Assembly (NCBI RefSeq): GCF_964204865.1
Contig: NC_135263.1
Coordinates: 496,001 to 560,000 of the forward strand
Origin: Styela clava
Lineage: Eukaryota
Length of the DNA: 64,000 nt
Direction: 5' to 3'
Part shown: positions 49,752 through 61,856 of the stretch, in pieces
How the letters are laid out: the number at the start of each line of letters is the position of its first letter
How positions within the stretch are numbered: position 1 is the stretch's first letter
Notes under the pieces: generated by a model
The model's input: only the letters and a program-made list of their open reading frames with translations
Told to the model about the DNA's origin: nothing
Database searches by the model: none
Translations under genes and position numbers: made by a program

Positions 49752-52700
49752 CAGTGTTCCCTTTAAGGTGTGCGCGTGTGCGCGCGCACACAGCTTTCAG
49801 AGGCCGCGCACACGCATAGATTTACTGCGCACAGACGTATTTCGATGTAATCTATCAATGTTCTCGGTTGGCAGGTTGAAAAAGTTTGTTATTGGATTTG
49901 CTAAAAGGATGCATTTCTTTGAAAGTTAAGATGGCATCATGTGCGAAGAAGGTACCAGCAGTAACTGTAGCGGCCATGATCATAAGCATTGACCGCTGTT
50001 ATAGTAACTTAACTGGCAACGATATCATGGGGTCATTGAACCTTGACCATTTTGGCATTGGCGGGATCTCTTTCGGCGTGAGTCGCTTGGAGGTAGGACG
50101 TATAAATTTGTATCCTATTCAATCGGAGGGGTTTTAGCATTATTAATTAGGCGTCGTTGAAATTTACATCATATAATTCTGTTTTTCCTATTTTGTATAG
50201 GTATTATTGGTCCCTCCTGTGTAATAGCACTGTATTTTACCGGATTTTTGTTTGACAACCATTTCATCATTATTTGACTCATATTTCACCAACTTTTAAC
50301 CCAGCAATAAACGTATTTGGACAATCATTTCGAGACTTTGAAAGAAACTCAGACAGAACCGCGTCATCAAAAATAAAGTGCCTGTACAACTATTTATTCC
50401 AGTCGCCCTAACGAGCACGTCGCCATCGTATGGTTCTGAGCCGTTATAGTAACATAATCAATAGCTGCCATAACCTAGCTGCTGTATCTATTGCATGTTT
50501 GTCCACTTATGCTGTAGTTGAAATAAGCTTAAGATAGCCTACTAACAGAACTGCTACTACTAATTGTATTGTAAGTAGCCTGAGGTTGTAGGCTACATTG
50601 TAATCCGTTAATTTGTCCGTTACTCATTGAGCCATTTTTCAACCAGGTTAGTTTTATTAGGCTGTTAGTTACCGTGAACCCTGCAACAGAATAGGCTAGA
50701 AAAAACCAGCTTACGTTTGAAAGAGGCTAAGTAAACAGTTCTGAGCCTCGCTTATGCTTTTTGGGAACTGATGCGATTGTGCTGTACTCTGCACATTGCA
50801 TTACTTTAAGCAAAATGTCAACTTTGATTAAAAAAACCTGTGAGATGTTTTTCTATTCATTCAATTGAATACTTAGATCAACGAAGCCAATAAAAAACTG
50901 TCATATCTGAATCATTTTCACAGAATATTACTTTTTGTTTCATGGCTCAACATACTGATAAAGTATTATCCTGTAGCTGTAAAGACTAACTTTTCTGCTC
51001 TGTATGTCAGCCGAACCAAAACGTAAAAGGACTGCTAACTCGTTCAAAAAAGATTGGTTGGATGAAGCAGTGATAACGGCAACTCCCACGGCTCATGATG
51101 ATCAACGTGTATATTTACGTGATGTATTTGTATATGATGAAAATGAAGGCATTATTACATGTCTTTATTGTCATGATGCCATGGTTTCTGGTGAATTTTC
51201 AAATGGCAAAAAGTGGTACAATAATGTATGGAAGCTTGACTTTTTAAAACGGCATTTAAAAAGTAAGACCCACCTATATGGTGTACAAAAGCTCAGAAAC
51301 AAGAACCCTTTATTACCAGCCCATGGAATATTAAAAATGCTAAGTGAAACCCCAGAGGAACGTAATCGGAAGCGTGCATGTAAGGAAGAGATTGTAATTC
51401 TTATTGACAACATTCTATTGGCAGTAAAGATGAACAGTTCTTTACTTTCTGTACAAGATATCAACGACCACATGGCTAAGTATGTTCGAATACCTGAAAG
51501 TTGGCCAAGCAAAAATTACGCTTTTGAATTTTTGGAATCTATTGATGTAGTTATTAGCCAGGAAATAATGGAAGAAATAGCTTCTGCCGATTTTCACACT
51601 CTAACTGTAGATGAAAGTACAGATATATCCGAAAGCGAATGTTTGATTCTATATGTTAAATACAGAGTCTCTTTTGAATATAAAACTAGATTTGGTGGAA
51701 TCATACAACTAAAGTCGTGTGATGCTTCATCTATTGTCACTGCAATTGAAGAGTTTTACAAAAAATATAGACTGGAGCTGGATAAAATGGTTATGTTTAC
51801 ATCCGATGGTGCAGCAGTAATGCTAGGTAGAAGAAATGGTGTGGCGGCGAAGCTCAAAGAGCGTATACCACATTTAGTACAACAACACTGCGTTGCACAT
51901 CGGGAAGATTTGGGCATAGCTGATACATGGAAAGAAGTGAAGCTATTGCAAGATATCGAAACGTTAATGCGAACTATTTATTCCATGTTTTCTCGTTCTA
52001 CAATCAACCGCTGTAAATTTCAAGATATTGCTGCAGCTTGTGAAAACGAAGCGATTGCTTTTAAACCACTTAATGAAGTTCGATGGTTGTCACTTTGCTC
52101 TGCAGGCCATCATTAAAAACTATGATAGCTTGATTGCATATTTTGAAGAGATGAAATCTAATGACCCAATTTCTAAATATTGTTTTAAAAAATTAAAAAA
52201 TAATGGAGTTCGTATAGCTTTGGAAGTTTTAAATGCGGTTTTTGAGCAACTAGCTGCTTTGTGTAAAATTTTCCAAAGACAAGGATTGACACCGATTGAT
52301 GCACAGAATTTTGCACATGCAAAAATATATAAACTACGGCAGAAGTATCTTGGTGACACAACATTTTGGGGTGAAAGAGTGGATAATTTGTTAGCTAGAA
52401 TATCGGAAGAAGAAATTGCCACTTTTGACTCTGAAGGACTGCTGGATTTTATAAGGCTTTTATGTGATCATCTGATAGAAAGATTCCCAGAAGGAGAGGT
52501 ACAAGACTGGGTAGCTTTTGATTGTGCTGCATTGAAATCCCCTTGCTATACTTTTGGTATCACCGAAATTAAAGCTCTGTGTTCTAAATATGAGTTTGTT
52601 TTGCCAGAACGAAGTATAATTATTGATCAATACACAGATTTTAAATACGCAATAGCTGAAAAAATTAAGGCTGGAGTTGTTAGCACTTTTGCTGATTTGA

Positions 52701-53310
52701 TAAACTTTATGTTTCAGCATGAACAGTTTAGAGAATTGGCAAAGCTTGTAGATATCGGTGGGACTTTTCTTGCATCCAGCGTTGAATGTGAGCGCGGGTT
52801 TAGTTTGATGAATTCCATCAAAACCAAGCTAAGGAACAGACTGGGAGAAAGGCATTTGGACATGATAATGAGGATCAAGTCTTATCAGCGAGATGGATGT
52901 GTTATAGACAAGGTGAAGGTTTATGAAGAATGGGTCAGCAATAAGGATAGACGTGAGAAAGTTGGTCAATGAAAGTAAAGAAATACTGTAAAACATAGGT
53001 CCTCGACTCTTTATAGCATATTGTCCCCTGACACGAGAATTGTTTCGTTTTCTTTTGTTCTTTTTTCACTCTTTATTTGAATTCAAATAAAACCATCTTT
53101 TACAATCAATTTCATTTGTTATTTTCCATGTATGATAACATATAGCCTTCACTAAAGCATTTACAATCTATAGAAAAACTTATTAAGCCTAATAAGCCCA
53201 CTTATTACCCGGTTAAAGCGCCAAAATTTCTTCATTGTTTTTTTGCACAAATATTAGTCATTTCCAAAAAAGTGCGCACACACCAAAATTTCTGCATAGA
53301 GGGAACATTG
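49752..53310 (+). mobile_element. Full-length hAT DNA transposon (3559 bp)
   Basis: 14-bp TIR CAGTGTTCCCTTTA/TAGAGGGAACATTG (2 mismatches); perfect 8-bp TSD ACCGGGAC (49744-49751, 53311-53318); subterminal GTGCGC(G/A)CAC motifs; internal transposase. Confidence 0.95.
51004..52972 (+). pseudogene. hAT transposase (ZNF862-like) with a single frameshift at about 52090
   Basis: N-terminal C..C/H zinc finger, TVDESTD, TSDGAAVM, HCVAHR, EVRWLS, then a frame change to HFALQAII...SSVECERGFSLMNSIKTKLRNRL (hATC dimerisation domain). Confidence 0.9.
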
Positions 53311-53324
53311 ACCGGGACCCATGA

Positions 53325-54964
53325 TTTTTTTTTTTTTTTTTTTTTTTTAAATGGATCCACAATGTGGATTATTCAATATGTAAATAATAAATAAATGCAA
53401 TATAAATAAAGATATATTGTGTACCGTAAGTGAACAAACATATATACCAGTAATATCAAGATAATTCCATCAGATATAATATTCCATATAATCCAGGGAG
53501 TTCCAATAATTCATTTGTTGATTTCGTAATACAAATTACATAGTTTATTTTTAATTATTTAGCATGAAAAAACATAATTTTATAATTATTCACAAGTTAT
53601 TACAAATCATGGCAAGTTCTTTTATATAACAAAATTCCTTTCTCACTTTTTCTATATTTCTTCTCATTAGAAGTGAGTTCCTAATTTTCATAATAACATT
53701 ATTTATGCTTGGGTTATGATTTTGAAATATTACAGCGTTACGCTCCAACCAAATTTTATATCTTGCTGTACAAAATAACAATATAATAGCATTACGTTGT
53801 ATAATGGATAAATTTATATAACATTGGTCATTTAAGTCCAATAAAATGCAAGTTTTATAATTATTTTTTATCACACAGTTACTCATTTTTAATGCCACAG
53901 AAAAGATATAATCATAGACATTCTGAGTAAAAACACAATTCCAAAACAAATGAGACACAAATTCAGAATCTTGTTTACATAACACACAAATATCATCCCC
54001 AGAAATATGTTTTATTCTTGGCTTAACCTTGATTGATAAAATGTCCCACATTAATTTATAATTGAAAGTCCTTACATTATTGGCCAAAATTTTAGAATGT
54101 ATATTTGAACAAGCCCCTATTAAATTACCATCTCTCAAAAAAACAATTCTATCCCCACCCTTCGAATTATTTACAATTTTATTATATAAATGTCTATGCT
54201 TTCCTTGAATTAAATCAGTTTCAGTGATGTTGTACTGTCTCAGAAAGCTGATTATAGTTCCATAGTATTTCTGAGGGAAAAAAACATGGGATACACTATT
54301 ATTAGTAGGCAATTTGAAAAATAAACTAAGCTGTTGACCTATGTTGTATTCAACAAAATTGAAAACAGATTGTCTGCATTGATCAATAGCAATATTAGTT
54401 CTTTTACAATAATACTCAAATGCTGTCATGACATACATGCTCATAGTAAAAATAGGAATGTTAATCATATCATATCCAGCCAATGATTTGCATTTGCACA
54501 AAGTTTCTATTTTTAAAACACTTCTTCCATTGAATATGAAAAACTCCACATCTTTATTGATTTGTTTACCGATATGCAGGGGAATAGGAAACACTTTCGC
54601 ACAATATAAAAACAAGGGTAATATTTTCAGTTTAATTAGAAGACATTTTCCATCCAAAGATAGAGGAATATCCATCAATTCGTCTATTACAGTTCTGGCA
54701 TTATTTAAACAATTAATCCAAGTATATTTATAAATTATATAAAGTATATATATAAATTAAAATTATTCCAAGTATATTTAAAGTCTGAACGATAGACAAC
54801 TTAGAAAATAAACTGGGATTATTCCATGTTCCTACTTTCAAAAGTTTCGTCTTTTCCATATTTAACCTCATTCCCGTTGCTAGTTGAAATTTGTTTATCA
54901 AATCCAGTGCTGAATATATTGATGTCTTGTTTCGAATTGTCAAGGTAATATCATCCGCATAGCT
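53325..54964 (-). mobile_element. 5'-truncated L1/Tx1-clade non-LTR retrotransposon
   Basis: YADDIT...F..ATGMRLNMEKT (end of RT), frameshift near 54730-54770, LSLDGK, CVLC...EFVSHLFWNC zinc knuckle, IWLERN. 24-nt poly(A) at 53325-53348; TSD GGGACCCATGA(TT) at 53314-53326 and 54965-54977. Confidence 0.9.
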
Positions 54965-55553
54965 GGGACCCATGATTGGTCATTTATTGAAAAAAGACAC
55001 TCGACACCTTCAATGACAGTAGCATCAGACACAACTGAAAAGTGGTCGACTTCCAGCCCAAGAAGGGTAAGGGAAACCGATTTTCCCAAGTGTGGTTGAT
55101 GATCAGAGTCTAATAATACAAATTCAGATTTTAAAACAATAATCAGACTAGGCGAAGCATGGAATAAAAGGGTTATTAAAACAGTATAAAAACATAAAAT
55201 ATTGTTACAGATAAGTTTTGACTAAATTCTGGCGTGCTCGCCATTGTCACAGATAGGATTTTGCTAGACCCGTGTTGAATGAATCATGAGAATCAAAATT
55301 CCGGATTTAATGATAACTCAACATTTAAAACAGCAAAAATAACAGCAAACACAACTTACAAAATTGCAAAGCTGTCGGAATCTCTTAATACAAATTCGGA
55401 TGTTCATACAGCATCGAAAAAAAATTCAACATATAAACGTGAAAATATATACACAATAAAGGAGAAAAATGCTCAAATACGTGGACACGGTCGGACAAAC
55501 AAAATGTTTTATTACCAATTCCACGAAAATCACACATGCTAACTTAACATTAC

Positions 55554-55727
55554 CTGTATTGGTGTGTGACGGTAAGGGACTGCAATAGTTTTCCCAGGTC
55601 TTGTGACCTGTTCTTTTTGATAAATATGAAAATTCATATTCCCAGTGTGATGGGCAAACCGAGTACCTAATATTGCCATACCAACCCCTATGGCGAGGGC
55701 CGTGACCTGTATGGTATAAAACCACAT
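55554..55727 (-). CDS. Putative NDUFA1 (MWFE)-like small membrane protein, first exon
   Basis: Starts MWF, followed by a hydrophobic helix (VTALAIGVGMAILGT) and RFAHH. Ends at a phase-0 CAG|gtaatg donor, or runs to a stop at 55539. The second exon is uncertain. Confidence 0.45.
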
Positions 55728-56411
55728 TATTACTTCTATTACATTATCGCACTATTTTGAAATAATATCAACATTAAAATAAAAATATAATTTTAATTTC
55801 TATTCAAAATTTGCCCCCGGATTTCATGCCTGTTAATCAAATCTGAGGGCAACTTATCACACGATAATGACGTCATTTGTCCAAAGTTTTGTAATTCCGC
55901 ATTTGTTCCGGCTGTCGAGGCCTTGTCGTTTTTTTGTTATATTGTTTGTGTGTCTGCCTGTCGCAAGGTTTGGGATTGCGATTCAGAATAATCGAATCGT
56001 TAGAGATCATACAATGACCATACAAGATTGAAGTCTGAACGTGGCAACTGTATTTTTGAATTATATAAACTCCAAGTAAGACAGCGAGCAGCTCCTTTAG
56101 CACGATTCAGCGATTGCCGGTATCGGATCGTCAGCGATCGTTTATTGGAGAAATCGGGAACTGCGGTTTAAAGTTATAAGTTTACTTTCCAAGATTTAAA
56201 AGAAAAAAAGCATTGCAGGACTGCAATTTCAGACTCTCAAAGCTGCAAACTTTTCAGCTTTGTTTTGAGGTGATACCGGTACGTTGAGTCCAATTTAAGA
56301 AACTGGTTTTAGACTCAAGTATTTACCATTCAACTATTTCACCATTAGAAATCATTCAAGCGTAACAGGTCAGAATACTCTCACATTGAAATAATCCCAA
56401 AACATAGCAAT
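55728..56411. promoter_or_regulatory. Candidate bidirectional promoter
   Basis: 684 bp between divergent ATGs; perfect palindrome AATGACGTCATT (55866-55877, CRE core) and an imperfect 17-bp inverted repeat at about 55808-55856. Confidence 0.45.
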
Positions 56412-58283
56412 ATGGGGAAGTCACATTTTGACCACTGGTTTATCAAAGAAGAATTGAAATGGAGAAGTGTTGCCAGTGCTTTTTGGACTTTCATGATGAC
56501 ATTTCCTGTACTTGCCGCAGCAGTTTTTGTGTTCACAATCCACCCAGGGAGACATATTTTCATGTTTTTTGACTTTATCAGCATTGCATCGACGATAAAA
56601 ACATGGGTTATATTTCTTTTCATTGCATTTTTTGCAAGTATGCTTGTTTGCTTGCATTTTAAATGTTTCAAAGTTTCACCGATTTTTCCAGTTCATCGGT
56701 TCGGAATTTTCACAAAAGTTTTGAAACCAAACAATCTAATCCACATCTTTATTAGTGGAGGATTTTCGTCGTTAGTTGCCCATCTTTTCACAAAAATCGT
56801 TCCTGGAAGATATTCAGGCATATACAACCAATGCTCAGATGAAAACGAGAATCTCAAACTCTGTATAAATGAGTTTTGGTTCATCTTTGTATTCTTCGGT
56901 TTCGTTGTCGGCGTCACAAACAGCATAATCTTGATTTCTTGTCAAAAGAACACGTTAACTTTTTTACACGTCCAGGAAGCAAGATTCTTGTTCATAAAAT
57001 GCAAATTACCGTGCATCATCACCATGTCTGCGGCTAAAAGTTGGGAATATTTTCGTCACTTCGTTGTTGGATATTACCTTGTGGGATTCGTTGCTAGAGA
57101 CCTTGTTGCAGTATTTCTCGGACTTGTAGCAAATAAAGAATATCTTCTCAGCGTTTGGACAATTTATCAAATAATTCCTGTAGCTTGGAACCTTTGGCTT
57201 TTGGGAACGTTTTTACTCTTGATTTGGGAGTTGTCATGGCAACTGTTTAATATCTATAACACCCAAGATTACCCTTTTATGTTCGACTCTGTTTTTCCGG
57301 AAGATCAAAACAAACTTCTTCTTGATAATTTGAACGAATCTAATCCCCCAGCTGTTCAAAATCTCGCTTTCCAAAGCTTAAGCATTGCTGTCAAACGAAA
57401 CGCATCAAAGCGTCAGCAAATATTTCAGCTGAGTCATAAAACGGAGAATGGACGGCCAATTTGGTGGAATAAAGTTGTAGAAAATTGTCTTCCACGAATT
57501 CAGCATCTCACAGAAAGCATTATTGAATACCAAACGTCTCAAGATCAATGGCAAAGTAATAGAAAAGTCTCTTCAACTTCATCTGAACATAGCAACGAAA
57601 GCGGGATAACCAGCCCTGCGAGTGTTTCAGTTTTCAAGCGAAGAGACTTCAATGTCTCGTCTTACCAAGCTGATACAACTAATATATCCTACTTTAATGT
57701 ATCTTCGTTAAATGATACTCACTCTACGTCACGAATTCAGAATGTCTCAACTCTCGCTGTCCCAACTCCAAGATTATGGACATCGCCAACTAAAGTTGGG
57801 AAAGATGACACTCTCACTCAAACAAGTTTTGTTCCAGCTCCGTTTCAAGTCGGAGTGTTTCAAAAGCGCTGGGGATATTTCATGCAGAATTTGAAAACTT
57901 TATCTATAGTGCAGTATTTTTTCAAACCAATTCCTACAAGGCAATTACGGAATTTATACCGAGAACATTTCATATATAAATGTGCGATGCAAATTCTATC
58001 GTATCTTTGCGCTGCTTCGGTTTTAGAGGACAAATTTGGTATCGTTCAAGGTCATTTGCATGAAATAATTTCATCGCTAATCGAACTGTTAGTTGCTTCT
58101 GAAAAGCTCGGAAAAGTGTCGCCATCTTCTACCTATGTGTATAAACTTCATGTTGGATTACGAAACGAGATTAAAGCATCGTTGCATCGAATCACAGACG
58201 CGTATGGCGAAAGTTTAAAGTCTGTGAATCTGTCACAGGAACATAGAAGAAGACTGGAAGGATTTTGCTCATATGCTGAGTAG
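56412..58283 (+). CDS. NDC1: Nucleoporin NDC1 (TMEM48), single-exon CDS, 623 aa
   Basis: N-terminal WR..AS, about 6 transmembrane segments, CINE, LAFQ.L...RQQIF.LS...PIWW, and C-terminal ASVLEDKFGIVQ...SLHRITDAYG. Confidence 0.92.
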   Translation: MGKSHFDHWFIKEELKWRSVASAFWTFMMTFPVLAAAVFVFTIHPGRHIFMFFDFISIASTIKTWVIFLFIAFFASMLVCLHFKCFKVSPIFPVHRFGIFTKVLKPNNLIHIFISGGFSSLVAHLFTKIVPGRYSGIYNQCSDENENLKLCINEFWFIFVFFGFVVGVTNSIILISCQKNTLTFLHVQEARFLFIKCKLPCIITMSAAKSWEYFRHFVVGYYLVGFVARDLVAVFLGLVANKEYLLSVWTIYQIIPVAWNLWLLGTFLLLIWELSWQLFNIYNTQDYPFMFDSVFPEDQNKLLLDNLNESNPPAVQNLAFQSLSIAVKRNASKRQQIFQLSHKTENGRPIWWNKVVENCLPRIQHLTESIIEYQTSQDQWQSNRKVSSTSSEHSNESGITSPASVSVFKRRDFNVSSYQADTTNISYFNVSSLNDTHSTSRIQNVSTLAVPTPRLWTSPTKVGKDDTLTQTSFVPAPFQVGVFQKRWGYFMQNLKTLSIVQYFFKPIPTRQLRNLYREHFIYKCAMQILSYLCAASVLEDKFGIVQGHLHEIISSLIELLVASEKLGKVSPSSTYVYKLHVGLRNEIKASLHRITDAYGESLKSVNLSQEHRRRLEGFCSYAE

Positions 58284-60335
58284 TAAATCTAAACTTTTTC
58301 CAGCGTGTCTTTTGGACTGTAAAACGAAGAATTAATGAACTATGACAGGGTTGGTGCCAGATTGGAATTTGAAATACACTTTTGTGCAAGGTTTAGGAGA
58401 AAATTAGTGGCATAAACTAACCCTGTTTAAAGCATATTACTTCTGCCAGTATCAAAAATAGGTGTGGTGCTTTTTAACACAAGAAAAGCCACTGTCAACA
58501 CATATATCTTGTGACCAGCTGAAGTTGATGGGAAAATACCTTGAATTTTTCCAGTTGTATAGGTTCGATTACTCCAGCACTGCCATCATACAGCTATATC
58601 ATGACTCTTGCATGATGTGAATTTATTTAAAAGTGAAATACGATATGGGAGATGGATATTCTGTTTAGTTAGTTCGTTTTGTTCAATTTATGAGTTCTCA
58701 AAATTTTTACTGCTATGTCGTTATACGTATTTCCCAAACGCTGTTTTTACTCCAAACAATGCTCTGTACATGTATTCACTGATATATAAAGATATGCTTT
58801 TTTCAGGACTGGAATCTTTCCAATACAGCATCCTTACCCAATTTATCACAACCTGATGAGCAAGGAACTTAAACTTGCGATGTTCATAATTTCAACTACT
58901 AGAGCCTTTCACGCTCATTTACTTGAGTATTTTCAATGTTTCCACTGCCATGTTTCTTTTAATGCTTTGTTGCCAATAGCAGAGCAAATTAGCCACTATT
59001 TTATTATCAACTTGCTTAATTATTATGAAAAAGTCATCGCTTTACCAGTTTTTTAACTTTGCTGGCCATGCATAAGCGAAGGAGATTCATGTTTGAGCAA
59101 AGTTAAGTAAGACCATTGCTTTTCTCTGGCATAGCTAAATTATTCCAAAAATTTGTAATGTTAAGAACTCAACTGTTATATCTCAAGCCTCTCGCTAATT
59201 TGGGATTGTATGTAATAAGTTTGGTTGTATTGTTTAAAATTTTTTCTTTAATATACCGGTAGTCATTTGGCCTGGAAAAAAATGGAATTGGGCATAGATT
59301 GGATAAACTGGATTCAATCAGATTTTTAGGGACCTATTATGTCTGCTGTATTTCAAGGTCCTTCGCAAGTTTGATAATCTCTCTACCAGACTTTGAGTTC
59401 AAATTTGTTATCCCAAATAGTATTTCAAATTATATTCTGTTTTTCCAGCGCTTTCATTTTTTTACCTATTTCATTTAAATTTGGCTTGCAGCGGTTCATT
59501 TTTTTCCTCTTCCAACTCAGATTGTTGCTAAAATGATCATTTGAATAATATCTGAAAAAAATTACTGAAATTGGAAAAGTGACACGCTCAAGCCGGCCAA
59601 AAAGAGGTCAAAAAACTGGAGCAGATTTGATTTGGTTATCCTTGGCACAATCTGACTCTGTTACTAAAAGGAAATATTGAGGCATGTGATGTCACTCTCA
59701 TGTTAAGGTCCTGCATGTGCACGCTTTTCATTTCTCATTTTCATACTTTTGTTGTCCAGGCAGTGTCTCTTCACATTATTGTTGCCAATTTGCTGTCCTG
59801 TTATTGATATTGCCTCGCCATCTCAGAAGTAAATAGTTCATTTTATAAGGGATTCAGAAAAGCCTCATTTATAAATTTTGTTCAGACATAAATGTATATT
59901 GTAATGTAAAAAATCAGTCAAAGCTTTCAATTTACTTACAAATATGTTATGATTTCTGAAAAATTTCTCTGGGTAACATTAACAAGACTCATTTCACGGG
60001 GCATTTGGTTTTCACGCTTGAAAATATTAATTTAGAAGTGCTATTCCATCCTTGTTCATTTGTTTGCTTTGATTCTATTTATCTTAGGTTAGGTCGGGGG
60101 TGTGCATTGTGGCCCTTCTGTATTGAAGGTTGCACACCCGTGGCCTGGGTTAGGTTATTGCCACACCTAACTTACCCTAAGATTTGGCAATATCAAGATA
60201 GTATCGAGCTATGTTTGTACATGTTTATTGAAATTGACCAAATTTGCCTTTCAAGAATCAAACTTTATTTTTTTTGTGCCAAGAAACAGGAATAATGTAC
60301 TTTATTACATAATAATATTAATTTAATTCACCATT

Positions 60336-61856
60336 ATGACGGATCAATCGCAAGTATTGAAAGTTGTCCTCATAGGAGATGGAGGTGTCGGCAAAAGTTC
60401 GTTAATGAATCGATACATAACTGGAAAATATGATGGACAGTCTTATCACACTATAGGTGAGTTCAACTTCCATTTGTTTTTGGACGCCAAGTAGGATAGG
60501 AATTTACCTATTTATCTTTGGGGAAAGGAAAGATTTCACTGCTGAATACATACAGGGTTACCATAAAGTCCCTTCACAATTTCAATTTTGTTATAAAGTC
60601 AGTTCTCAATATATCTTAATTAACCAGGTTTGTTGTTTATTAATCAGTAATTAGTATTTTTACTTCATTTAATACATCTGTGAAGGCAAGAACAATATAT
60701 GGTATCGATAAATTTTCTTTGCAATTTAAAAAAAATTTAAGACTTATTGTACAACCATACAATATTATTGGAATCGAGTTATGAAATAAAATGCGGATAA
60801 TTATTACCTAATACTTAGATGGACATCATGACATATAAGAGTATGTTATCATAATTTCCTGTCAATTCATACCAGGAAATCCCTTAGCAACACAGAACTA
60901 ACGGAAGTAGTCAATTAATTTCTTTGAAATAAAACTTATGTGTTAATAAATCATGGTTCAGCTGATATAATATTATGATGCCCTAGTGCAGTGGTTCCAA
61001 ACCTTTTTTCAACACAATCCCCCCCCTTGTGGAGTATTTTTAAGCTCTCAATTCACCCTCCTTTTTACATCGCTTCAAATGTCAAAAACTACTCAAATAA
61101 CCCCTCTCTCCGCTATACGAAATAAAAAGCCTCCAGGTTGGGAAATGTTGCCCTAGTCGTGCCGGCATCGCAGATTGAATTCCCCTTGATCAAGATCTAC
61201 CATAGATTTCTTATCATTTAGAATGATTCAACAAAAATGTTCCAATTGGTTATGAAAGGATCCTGCCCAATCAATAAAAATGATGCATAAAACAATATAT
61301 TCCCTTCTTCCATCTAATTAAATAAATTATATTTCTTATTTAAGGTGTGGAGTTCTTGAACAAAAACATCACATTAGAGAACAAAAAATATACGTTGCAG
61401 ATCTGGGACACTGCAGGCCAGGAACGATTCAAAAGTTTGCGGACACCGTTCTATCGAGGAGCTGACTGCTGCCTCCTGGTGTATGCAGTCGACGACGAAC
61501 AAAGTTTTCATAACCTGGACCTCTGGAAAAAAGAATTCTTATTTTATTCAAATATTGAAGACAGGTCTTTTCCGTTCATCGTGTTAGCGAACAAGTGCGA
61601 CGTGGATCCCGCAGATCGCCAAGTCTCGGAGGACCAGGCTAATCTATGGTGCCAGCAGAACGGGGGGTATCCCCACATTTCAACGAGTGCAAAAGACTCC
61701 ACAAACGTAGACACATGCTTTGAGACCGCTGTACGAAAGACCGCTGTCTCACAGCTTCATACCGGGGAAGCCAGTATCAGTAATTTAACCTCTGGCACTC
61801 CTAGTGTCAACTTGAAAACAATGGCAGCAACAAATCGATCTAGCGGTTGTTGCTAG
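60336..61856 (+). CDS. RAB9: Ras-related protein Rab-9, 2 exons, 210 aa
   Basis: Exons 60336-60456 (KVVLIGDGGVGKSSLMNRY...HTIG) and 61345-61856 (VEFLNK...WDTAGQERFKSLRTPFYRGADCC...NKCD...SAK...GCC prenylation motif). Confidence 0.95.
60989..61150. mobile_element. Degenerate hAT MITE in the RAB9 intron
   Basis: CAGTGGTTCCAAACC...GGTTGGGAAATGTTG with TSD CCCTAGTG/CCCTAGTC. Confidence 0.65.
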
